This document shows positions 38,229 to 46,959 of a DNA stretch of 64,000 nucleotides, piece by piece. Where the stretch lies: positions 12,323 through 76,322 of the forward strand of contig JAQBRF010000003.1 of NCBI GenBank assembly GCA_028286645.1, in the 5' to 3' direction. Under the pieces are notes generated by a model that had not been told where the DNA came from, made no database searches, and saw only the letters and a list, made by a program, of their open reading frames with translations. Each line of letters opens with the position of its first letter. The stretch's first letter is position 1. The position numbers and the translations under genes are program-made. The DNA is from Candidatus Nomurabacteria bacterium. GTDB taxonomy: Bacteria; Patescibacteriota; Minisyncoccia; Phycocordibacterales; UBA5272.

Positions 38229-39410
38229 ATGATTTTACTTGCTATTGAAACAAGCTGCGACGAAACAGCCGTATCTATTGTAAAAAGAGCTCGCGGGAAA
38301 AATGTAAGATTCGAAGTTTTATCACATAAAGTCTTATCTCAGATTGATATCCATAAAGAATATGGCGGAGTATTCCCAGCTTTAGCTAAAAGAGAGCACG
38401 CGAGAGTCCTTACTCAATTAATTGCAGAATGCTTAGAAGAGGCGGATCTGCTTGTTGAAAGAACTAATGAATTTCATCTTCCAAACGCTACCCGAAAAAA
38501 GCTAGATACCATGCTTGAAAGAGAGCCGGAGATGCTTAGAGCTATGAAAGTCTTATTTGAAGGAATACAAAAACCCGGGATTGACGCAATTGCAGTAACT
38601 TCTGGACCTGGTCTTGAGCCAGCGCTTTGGGTCGGAATAAACGGCGCTATGGCTATTAGTCATGTATGGAATATCCCTCTTTACCCGATCAATCATATGG
38701 AGGGTCACATCGTGGCAAGCACTCTTAACTTAAATGAAGGAATATATGAAATGCCAGAAATAGAATTACCTGTCTGCGCTCTTTTAATTTCAGGAGGACA
38801 TACTGAAATTGTAAAAATGAATAAATGGAGATCGTATAAAGTTATAGGAAAAACAAGGGATGATGCCGTAGGAGAAGCTTTTGACAAAGCCGCACGAATG
38901 CTTGGACTCCCCTATCCAGGGGGGCCAGAGATATCACGCCTGGCAGAATTAGCCCGCAAAGAATCCTTAGTTGTAAATGAAGACTTGCGACTTCCTCGTC
39001 CCATGCTTCATAGTGGAGATCTTAGCTTCTCTTGCAGCGGATTAAAAACAGCAGTGCTAACAAGAGTAAAGAAATACGAACCCCTTGAAGAAAATATAAA
39101 GAAAATGCTTGCTCTAGAATTTGAAAATTCAATAGCTGATGTGCTCGTAGCAAAAGTAAAACAAGCCATGTATGAAACAAGATCAAAAACATTAATAGTC
39201 GGAGGCGGAGTAAGCGCGAATTCTCATATCCGATTTGTTCTTAAAGATCTCGCAGATAAGGAGGGGTTTAATTTGTACTTGCCTGATAAGTCCCTTTCTA
39301 CAGATAATGGACTTATGATTGCCGCGGCCGGATTACTTCACTTAGCATGCCAAGACAAGCCGAAGGTGAAGATAAAGGCCGGCGGCTCTTGGAGCATAGA
39401 AGACTGTTAA
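38229..39410 (+). CDS. tsaD: tRNA N6-adenosine threonylcarbamoyltransferase
   Basis: LAIETSCDET, NHMEGH, LLISGGHT, DDAVGEAFDK, TDNGLMI. Confidence 0.97.
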   Translation: MILLAIETSCDETAVSIVKRARGKNVRFEVLSHKVLSQIDIHKEYGGVFPALAKREHARVLTQLIAECLEEADLLVERTNEFHLPNATRKKLDTMLEREPEMLRAMKVLFEGIQKPGIDAIAVTSGPGLEPALWVGINGAMAISHVWNIPLYPINHMEGHIVASTLNLNEGIYEMPEIELPVCALLISGGHTEIVKMNKWRSYKVIGKTRDDAVGEAFDKAARMLGLPYPGGPEISRLAELARKESLVVNEDLRLPRPMLHSGDLSFSCSGLKTAVLTRVKKYEPLEENIKKMLALEFENSIADVLVAKVKQAMYETRSKTLIVGGGVSANSHIRFVLKDLADKEGFNLYLPDKSLSTDNGLMIAAAGLLHLACQDKPKVKIKAGGSWSIEDC

Positions 39411-39540
39411 ATAAACAAAATTACTTCAACTACTTTGTCGCTACGAAATCTTTCTCAATCAATGTAGGTCCATCTACATCTCCTTCTAAAAATTCCTAGG
39501 CTTCGCGTATCTAAAGCAATTTTCTTTATTTAATATAACG

Positions 39541-39675
39541 GAAAATAAAATCACCCTAATGGGTGATTTTATTTGCCTCGTGCTCCATCGTGGAGAGCGT
39601 GGCATGCTCCAAAATAAGTGCCTTATGTGAGCGCGGTCGCCCTCCGCGATGAATCGCGAAGAGGTTCCACTCACC
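39541..39675 (-). ncRNA. Candidate small RNA B
   Basis: GC-rich hairpins, TTGACT and TATACT boxes upstream, perfect 14-bp terminator stem aaataaaatcaccc/gggtgattttattt. Confidence 0.55.
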
Positions 39676-39722
39676 TAGTATACATTATTAAAAAAGAAGT
39701 CAAATATATTTACCCAGAAACG

Positions 39723-39794
39723 TAAAGGGGCACCTTTCGGTGACCCAATGCGTAGGCATTTATTCATTTTGTAAGCACGCCAATTGCGCTCACA
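39723..39794 (-). ncRNA. Candidate small RNA A, complementary to RNA B
   Basis: TAAACT -10 box at 39800-39805; ends in a GGGTCACC-GAAA-GGTGCCCC-TTT hairpin. Confidence 0.45.
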
Positions 39795-39889
39795 TATACA
39801 GTTTACTACACTCATTCCTGCTGTAAAGTGGCAAAGTTTCACTGTCTTATTAGGGGAATTGGAAATTATGCCTTAGAAATTATTTCCTT

Positions 39890-42304
39890 CTATTTCTTTT
39901 TGGTTGCAAGTAGCTGTTTAATATATGCATCTATCTCCTTAGCAGATTCAGGATGATTCTTCTTTAGCTCACTTAATAGTTCTAAAGCAAGAGGGAGCTG
40001 ATTTGTACTTACCAATGCATTTAGTACATCTGGATCAAGCTCTACTTGCGCCCCATTCTTTTCAACAACCGTTCTTGCTTCTTTATAGCTCTTTGCATAT
40101 GCAGAACTGATCAGTAACCATCTTTCTGCCTCCTTATAGGCCGGAGCGTAATCATAAGTCTCGCGAGCTAAAGCGTAAGCTTGAGGAAATTTCCCCTCCA
40201 TAATATAAGCTCTAATTAAATCAAATGATATTAGTTGTTTTTTTGGAGCGAGTGTATGCGCCTCAGTTAAAACTTTCTCACCAGAAATCGGATCCCCTAT
40301 TCCATTGAAGAACATTCCATAAATAGACAGCATTCTTACATTATCTTTAAAATCTGGATATGATGTTTGAATATCTTTTTGAACCGCAGCTTCGAAAGAA
40401 GATATGGCAGTTACTGCAGCTTCTCTGTCTGCTTCAGCTACATTACTTGGAATCTGAATTTGAGCAAGCTGGATTCCCATTTGCATAAATTGTTCACGTG
40501 TTTCTTCTGTGCCTAATGTATTCATAGCAAGAGCTTGTGTAAATGCATTCTGTGAAGTATTTACTGCCTGTCCAAAAGGCATTTGCTGTATAAGAGTGTT
40601 TATATCCAATCCTTTTATCATAAGCTTATTAACCTTAAGGGGCCTGTAATTAACGTAATACAGCGAAGCGATTAAAACTATTAGCACCACAGGGCCCCAT
40701 AGAAGATTTATTTGATCCTGAGAAATTGTTTTACCTCCAGCAGTTTCATTAGAATCCCTAGTTCTGGTTACAATGTAACCCAATAATGCAATGAATAATA
40801 TATAACTTGTTAAGTTATCAAATACGAATATATTATGTACAAAATATCCAGCGATTACTCCTGTAAGAATAGCTTTTTCTTTTAATGGTATATGTCCTCC
40901 CTTTTTCCAAAGAAGAAAGAGTGCGGAAACATACAAAGACAGATAGGCTAATAGCCCTAGAATTCCTCCCGCAACGAGCCAATCGAAGAATACATTATGA
41001 GATCGGTCATACCATGGCTCAATATTCCACATTTTCTCTGGTATAAATTTACGAGCGTAAATGTATCCGAAGTTATCTTGTCCGTATCCTAAGATTGGGC
41101 GCTCTTTCCATGCGCTTAAGCTTATTTGCCATATTGCCAAACGGCTAGAAGCTGTGATGTCGGTAGGAGAAATACTCGCTATACGTGCAAGAGTCGGAGA
41201 GGATTGAATGAATGAGGTATTTCTAATACTTTGGAATAAAAAGAGCGCGGCTATCATTAAAATAATTACTCCTAACCCTACCTTTCGGTATGTATTATTT
41301 GTTTTAATGAAAACCGAACCGCATGCAATTATAAATACTAATCCCGCTATCGCGCTCACTGGATAAAAATAATTTAAAAACCCTACATCAAACACAAGCG
41401 CGAGCGCTCCGTAAATGCTGTAGAGAATGGTTACAATGTAAAGTGCGATAATTTCTATTTTAGAATCTGCCATTCTAAATACCATGGTGGCGACTGTGGC
41501 TAATAGTGCTACCAAGAATCCGATCATCGTTCCTCGAGTCCCAGAGAAAACTATTCCAAGCAAATTCAATAATATTAAAACAGGATAACCCCAAGCCTTT
41601 CTAGGATTATCAGATTTAGACCATTCTAATGCTAAGATACCCACAAACATAAGGCAAAAGATTGCAAAGTATGCGGAATTTCCTATTGTAGAATCTAATC
41701 GAGTTGCGCTCTGATGAATTGCGAAATGGTCGCTAGCCCACTTAGCAAGCGACGGGAAATGATTTGCTACAAACAGCCCTGGCGCTCCTAACCACTGGAA
41801 GAAAGCGTACAAGATAATTAAAATATCAGAAGTGATGAACACCTTCCACATTCTTTTCCAATCCACCAATGTATGCAACATTCCGACAAGAACAACAAAA
41901 TACGCAAATAGATGGATGTGCCCTACGAACCCTTCCATTCTTTCGTAGTTGCTCCAAAGGCTTTTTGTCGAATCAACACCGAAAAGATCAGCTATAAGAA
42001 TAACTAATATAAATATTCCGTAACAAATAGTGAGAGGAGACTTTTTAAGATTTATGCGATATTTTGTATCTTTTAAAGCTAAAACTACCCATCCCGCAAA
42101 GGCTATTTCTACGAGAATGCGAAAAAGGAAATTCTTCCCAGAAATAAACGGAAAGAATAAACCGGAATTGCTTCCGCTTAGAAAGTCAAAAGGTCCGCCA
42201 CTTGTCACAAAAAGGGCGATAAATGGGATAATTCCTAAACAAATCCAAACGATATTTTTAATAGTCTTTTGCATACAGCCTTGTTGAAAGTAATAATAGC
42301 CCAA
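39890..42304 (-). CDS. O-antigen ligase (Wzy_C) family membrane protein with TPR-like C-terminus
   Basis: STIGNS, SGTRG, ERPILGYG, DRSHNVFFD. Confidence 0.88.
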   Translation of the reverse strand: MGYYYFQQGCMQKTIKNIVWICLGIIPFIALFVTSGGPFDFLSGSNSGLFFPFISGKNFLFRILVEIAFAGWVVLALKDTKYRINLKKSPLTICYGIFILVILIADLFGVDSTKSLWSNYERMEGFVGHIHLFAYFVVLVGMLHTLVDWKRMWKVFITSDILIILYAFFQWLGAPGLFVANHFPSLAKWASDHFAIHQSATRLDSTIGNSAYFAIFCLMFVGILALEWSKSDNPRKAWGYPVLILLNLLGIVFSGTRGTMIGFLVALLATVATMVFRMADSKIEIIALYIVTILYSIYGALALVFDVGFLNYFYPVSAIAGLVFIIACGSVFIKTNNTYRKVGLGVIILMIAALFLFQSIRNTSFIQSSPTLARIASISPTDITASSRLAIWQISLSAWKERPILGYGQDNFGYIYARKFIPEKMWNIEPWYDRSHNVFFDWLVAGGILGLLAYLSLYVSALFLLWKKGGHIPLKEKAILTGVIAGYFVHNIFVFDNLTSYILFIALLGYIVTRTRDSNETAGGKTISQDQINLLWGPVVLIVLIASLYYVNYRPLKVNKLMIKGLDINTLIQQMPFGQAVNTSQNAFTQALAMNTLGTEETREQFMQMGIQLAQIQIPSNVAEADREAAVTAISSFEAAVQKDIQTSYPDFKDNVRMLSIYGMFFNGIGDPISGEKVLTEAHTLAPKKQLISFDLIRAYIMEGKFPQAYALARETYDYAPAYKEAERWLLISSAYAKSYKEARTVVEKNGAQVELDPDVLNALVSTNQLPLALELLSELKKNHPESAKEIDAYIKQLLATKKK

Positions 42305-42327
42305 GTATACACCTGAAAATACTTAAT

Positions 42328-43194
42328 TTATAGCGCGATCCAGTCCGGCGGACAGAGGGTATTATTATCCTTCATAAATACATTTTTCCAATCTTGTGGA
42401 GCGATTATAACCTTATCATTACTTTTATTAAGCATTGCCCCCCAATAAGAAAAAGAAGAATTGGCTATGATTCCATGTTTACAGTGCGACATAAGAACCA
42501 TCTCCTCAAAGTCATAAGGAAGTATAGGAGTCTCGCATGAAGACGTCCCGAGAATATCTGCCCCATGAGCTTTAATCCATTCTTTGTCATCCGAAAATAT
42601 ATAAAAATATGGATTAGGAACTTTTTCTTGAATCAGAAGTATCGCTTTTTTGTAGTATTCCATACTTAAAGTTTCTAATTCTTTTCCATCCACATAGTCC
42701 CCTCTTCTAATGTGGACAAAAACAGATTCTTTTGTTGTGACCTCGCTTTGAAGTGTGAGCAGCTCGGCGCTAGGAACCTTTAAAGTAATCTCGTCTTGTA
42801 TATAATCAAGTATTTGGTTATAAAATAAATAACTTTGCCACCACCCCTCTAAATAGACACTGTCTTTTTCTTTTAAGAAAGATACTAACTTTTCATCATA
42901 ACCTATGTGATATTTTTTTATAAAAAACTTATTTAACGCTTTTCTAAATAAATAAGCAAATTCGGATAATTTACCAAAAGGATATTTTACCTTTGTGATT
43001 TCTTCAGGCGTCGCAACCTTTATTTTAGTATTAAATTTATCTAAAACATATTCCCGTTTTGTGTATTTATGCTTTTGAGTAAAAAATGAAACATCATATG
43101 CCACCTCCTTATTCAATTTAATTTCTAAGAATCTTCCAAAGGAATATTGGAATAACTGATTACCTAATCCACCTTGGAGTTTGATGATTATCAT
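42328..43194 (-). CDS. Alpha-1,2-fucosyltransferase (GT11)
   Basis: GGLGNQLFQY, VHIRRGDY, FSDD, IIANSSFSYWGA. Confidence 0.93.
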   Translation of the reverse strand: MIIIKLQGGLGNQLFQYSFGRFLEIKLNKEVAYDVSFFTQKHKYTKREYVLDKFNTKIKVATPEEITKVKYPFGKLSEFAYLFRKALNKFFIKKYHIGYDEKLVSFLKEKDSVYLEGWWQSYLFYNQILDYIQDEITLKVPSAELLTLQSEVTTKESVFVHIRRGDYVDGKELETLSMEYYKKAILLIQEKVPNPYFYIFSDDKEWIKAHGADILGTSSCETPILPYDFEEMVLMSHCKHGIIANSSFSYWGAMLNKSNDKVIIAPQDWKNVFMKDNNTLCPPDWIAL

Positions 43195-43207
43195 GAAGAT
43201 AAAATAA

Positions 43208-43228
43208 ATTATACCATGATGGTATAAT
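43208..43228. promoter_or_regulatory. Palindromic back-to-back extended -10 promoters
   Basis: attataccat-g-atggtataat gives TGnTATAAT on both strands between divergent GT genes. Confidence 0.7.
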
Positions 43229-43235
43229 GGCAAAT

Positions 43236-43931
43236 ATGATCCCAAAAGTGATCCACTACTGCTGGTTTGGACCAGAAAAACCACAAGAGGTTTTAGATTG
43301 TATAGAAAGCTGGAAATCTACAAATCTAGGATATGAAATAAAAGAATGGAATGAGCTTAACTTTCCCATTGAAGAACATCCGTTTGCGAGCAGAATGTAT
43401 AATCAGAAAAAGTGGGCATTTGTGGCGGACTATGTACGGCTCTACATCCTCGAAAGGGAGGGAGGTTTTTATTTGGATGCCGACATGACCCTCCTACAAT
43501 CTTTAGATTCTCTATCTTTAAATGAATGCGTGCTAGGCGAAGAAGAGCCTGGAATTATAAGCGCCGGAATGGTTGGAGCTATCCCACATCATCCATTTAT
43601 AAAGGCCTGTAAAAATCTTTATGACTCACATCAAGGAGACCTGATTACTATCCCATTAATGCTTACTCAAGCCTTTAAAGACTATCCTGATAAGGATAAA
43701 CTGGTGGTTTTACCACCGAAAGCATTTTATCCGTATAACCAAGATAATATTAAATTGTATCGCGGGCAGGACCTGGGCCCGGATGTATATGGGGTGCATA
43801 TGTGGCATCATTCGTGGGGCAGTCCGCTTTATAAATTCCTTAAGAAAATCGGTATATTGAAATTTGGGAAAAAAGTTACGGGAGCCTTGGGAATTAAAAA
43901 GATATTAAAAAAGCTTTTAGGCTTTGTCTAA
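43236..43931 (+). CDS. Glycosyltransferase family 32 (DXD)
   Basis: MIPKVIHYCWFG, ADYVRL, GGFYLDAD. Confidence 0.92.
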   Translation: MIPKVIHYCWFGPEKPQEVLDCIESWKSTNLGYEIKEWNELNFPIEEHPFASRMYNQKKWAFVADYVRLYILEREGGFYLDADMTLLQSLDSLSLNECVLGEEEPGIISAGMVGAIPHHPFIKACKNLYDSHQGDLITIPLMLTQAFKDYPDKDKLVVLPPKAFYPYNQDNIKLYRGQDLGPDVYGVHMWHHSWGSPLYKFLKKIGILKFGKKVTGALGIKKILKKLLGFV

Positions 43932-43942
43932 AATCTAATTTC

Positions 43943-44713
43943 ATGAGATTTAGCATTATAACCCCCACATTCCGAAGGCCAGATAATCTTAAACGAGCAG
44001 TCGACTCTTTGCTGCGTCAAACATATAAAGACTGGGAAATGATTATAGTAAATGACTCCCCAGACGATCAATCGTATCAATCATTTGCCTCCCGCATAAA
44101 TGACTCCCGCATTCATTATCATACAAATACTTCTAATAAAGGAGTTAATTATTCTAGAAACTTCGCGCTAGATAAAGTATCGGCAGACTCCAAGTGGGTA
44201 ATATTTTTAGATGACGATGATTATCTAGCGCCGGACGCTTTACAAACTTTCCATGATCTTATTATTCGAAATATATTTGGATCATGGTTAGTTACCAATC
44301 GTGCATATAAGAGCGGAGAAAGCATAACAATATTTCCGCACGTCGACACATTTTATAACTACGCATGGAGTTACTTAATATTTAAAAGATGTAAAGGAGA
44401 CGCGACGCATTGCATAGAAACCAAGCTGCTTACTGATAAAAGTATTCGATTTTCAAAAAATATCAAGCAGGGAGAGGAGTGGCTGTTATTTTATCAAGTG
44501 GGTCTTTATGCGAAAATGTATTATCACGATCATAACAGCACAATAACCGAAGGGTATGCTTCCACAGGCTTAAATTTTAGAAAAAGAGGCAGGACGGAAC
44601 AGTTTGAGACCTTATCAGTAATTCTGTATGAAGGGGGGAAATTAAATTTTATTTATAAACCATCTTTTGTGGTTTATCTTTTTTTACGTTTTGTAAGAAT
44701 ACTAATTAAATAA
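43943..44713 (+). CDS. Glycosyltransferase family 2
   Basis: SIITPTF, IIVNDS, FLDDDD. Confidence 0.9.
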   Translation: MRFSIITPTFRRPDNLKRAVDSLLRQTYKDWEMIIVNDSPDDQSYQSFASRINDSRIHYHTNTSNKGVNYSRNFALDKVSADSKWVIFLDDDDYLAPDALQTFHDLIIRNIFGSWLVTNRAYKSGESITIFPHVDTFYNYAWSYLIFKRCKGDATHCIETKLLTDKSIRFSKNIKQGEEWLLFYQVGLYAKMYYHDHNSTITEGYASTGLNFRKRGRTEQFETLSVILYEGGKLNFIYKPSFVVYLFLRFVRILIK

Positions 44714-44759
44714 TGGTTTTGGTATTATCCATACTCAAAATGGTATAATCCTACTAATT

Positions 44760-46061
44760 ATGCTTACCTATATTTCCCACGCTTTATATAAAGTATATGT
44801 AAGATTCTTTGGCGAACATTTTAAAAAAGAAGGGTTCATCCTCTACGCTAGAAATGTACAGTGGTTATCGATTTCCAAATTCTTTACTCTTCTTTTTTCA
44901 CTATTTACAACAATACTTATAGCCCGTTTATTAGGTCCATCTTTATTCGGAACGCTTAACTATGTACTCAGTATAGTTGGAATATTTGCCGTAATAGCCA
45001 ATCTAGGAATAGACACCATCGTTTACAAAGAATTAGTCAACTCTAAGGAAAGTCGTTTAGTAGTATTTGGCAGTGCTATTACATTGAAACTTATCACAGG
45101 AGTTATCGCTACGATCCTAGTAATTTCTTATACGATTATTTTTAATAAATTTGATTATATATATTTGATCTTAATTCTTTGCCTAAACTTTTTTTTCCAG
45201 CCTTTTACCTTACTTCATCTAGACTTTTTAAAAGACGCCGAATCCAAATACATAGCAATAACAAATATCATTACTTCACTTACTATAAGCGTACTTAAAG
45301 TATGCGTTATTGTATATATAGGGTCACTCCCATTATTTATATTTATATTGACTCTTGAAAATGTTATTTATTCGTTATTATATATTTATCAAATAGTCTT
45401 TCTTAAAAAAAGGAGCCTTCAACTCACCGCTTCTTTTATATGGATAAAAAAGATACTAGCTCTTTCAATTCCTGTTGCGTTATTTAGCGTATTTACTGAG
45501 ATATATTCTCGCATTGATCAGGTAATGCTTGCGTCTTATTTAAATACTGAAGTTGTAGGATTCTATTCTGCGGCAGTGAGAGTGGTTGATGTATGGAATA
45601 TAATACCAAGCATTTTAATTGCGTCGCTCTTTCCTGCCCTTGTAAACAGTAATAAAACAAATGAATACAGCAAAAGAACAAAGTATTTTTATATACTCAT
45701 TGGAGCAGTTGCATTAATAGCGTCTGTTATAACTTATATCTTGGCCCCTATAATTATTAAAGTTCTATATGGAGAAGCCTTTGCCCCAAGTGTGCAAATT
45801 CTTTCTATTTATTCATTTTCACTTTTTGGAGTATTTATATCTTCTGTCTTATTTCAAAATATGATTATCAATAACAAGAAGTTAATGCTTTTTGTTTTTC
45901 CGCTCGCAATAGCCGCTATAAATATATCATTAAATATATTTTTCATTCCCCTGTTCGGAGGGGTAGGAGCTGCTTGGGCTACTGTTATTAGTTATACTGC
46001 GGTTCCTGTTATTTACTTTATATTTAAATTATTTCAAAAATATGTCTCTACTTTCAATTAA
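44760..46061 (+). CDS. Wzx-type flippase
   Basis: ARLLGP..FG, RIDQVML, VGFYSAA, GAAWAT; about 12 TM helices. Confidence 0.9.
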   Translation: MLTYISHALYKVYVRFFGEHFKKEGFILYARNVQWLSISKFFTLLFSLFTTILIARLLGPSLFGTLNYVLSIVGIFAVIANLGIDTIVYKELVNSKESRLVVFGSAITLKLITGVIATILVISYTIIFNKFDYIYLILILCLNFFFQPFTLLHLDFLKDAESKYIAITNIITSLTISVLKVCVIVYIGSLPLFIFILTLENVIYSLLYIYQIVFLKKRSLQLTASFIWIKKILALSIPVALFSVFTEIYSRIDQVMLASYLNTEVVGFYSAAVRVVDVWNIIPSILIASLFPALVNSNKTNEYSKRTKYFYILIGAVALIASVITYILAPIIIKVLYGEAFAPSVQILSIYSFSLFGVFISSVLFQNMIINNKKLMLFVFPLAIAAINISLNIFFIPLFGGVGAAWATVISYTAVPVIYFIFKLFQKYVSTFN

Positions 46062-46902
46062 AAGTAAAATACCTGAGAATTACAGAGTGGTGTTGAGGAA
46101 ATTACGCAATAGGGTATATAGATTTTGCGATCTGTTCTTAAGAGAGTTAACAAGCCGCACATACTATGGATATAGAGTATATTACCCCAAAGGGTGCGGG
46201 ATAATCGACCGAGTGAGATTTCTAGCTCCCGAAAGGACATATGAACCAGAAATCATTAATCTTTTAAATAAAAATACCAAAAGTAAAAACCCTGTCTTTA
46301 TCGATGTTGGTGCAAATATTGGCTTAATTTCAATAGCCTATTTATATCACCACCCTCAAACAGAAATAATAGCTTTCGAACCTGGCCCAGTACAAAGATT
46401 TTGTTTTGGTGCCACCATTGTCGCCAACAAATTAGAGGATAGAATTACCTTAAAAGAAATCGCCCTCTCAAATAAAATAGGTCATGCAAATTTTGTAACT
46501 CACGGAAGCGTGCACAATAGCGGAGACGGATTTATAGAAACAAATAGAATGGTTAGCGGCGAAAATGTCATAACTGTAAAAACTAGCACCCTTGATGAAG
46601 AGCTGTCCCCGCTTAAAATACAAAAAATAGATTTTATTAAAATCGATGTTGAAGGATCTGAAATGTACGTTTTAGAGGGGGCCCGCGAAACTATCGAAAA
46701 ATTTAAACCAATAATTGTCTTAGAGATGGCCGAAAAGAATTTATCTTCTTATCAAATTACTTTTGAAGAGATGTTTTCTTATATAGAAAAGATAAATTAT
46801 GCCTTATTTACAATAGAAGAAGTAGAGATACATTCAAGTAAGGATCTCAAAGTATCCGGTATTAAAAATGATATGTTCATAATAAAGCCAAGGTTAAACT
46901 AA
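46042..46902 (+). CDS. FkbM family methyltransferase
   Basis: IDVGANIG, AFEP, IKIDVEGSE. Confidence 0.92.
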   Translation: MSLLSIKSKIPENYRVVLRKLRNRVYRFCDLFLRELTSRTYYGYRVYYPKGCGIIDRVRFLAPERTYEPEIINLLNKNTKSKNPVFIDVGANIGLISIAYLYHHPQTEIIAFEPGPVQRFCFGATIVANKLEDRITLKEIALSNKIGHANFVTHGSVHNSGDGFIETNRMVSGENVITVKTSTLDEELSPLKIQKIDFIKIDVEGSEMYVLEGARETIEKFKPIIVLEMAEKNLSSYQITFEEMFSYIEKINYALFTIEEVEIHSSKDLKVSGIKNDMFIIKPRLN

Positions 46903-46959
46903 TGTGATAAAAAGTACCCTATTTACAAATAAAATTGCATAGCCTAGAATGGCATAACG

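Noticed and set aside
39486-39674. 62-aa ORF as a type I toxin
   Set aside because: It runs through a strong terminator, has no properly spaced SD and no clear TM helix; the region is better explained as structured RNA.
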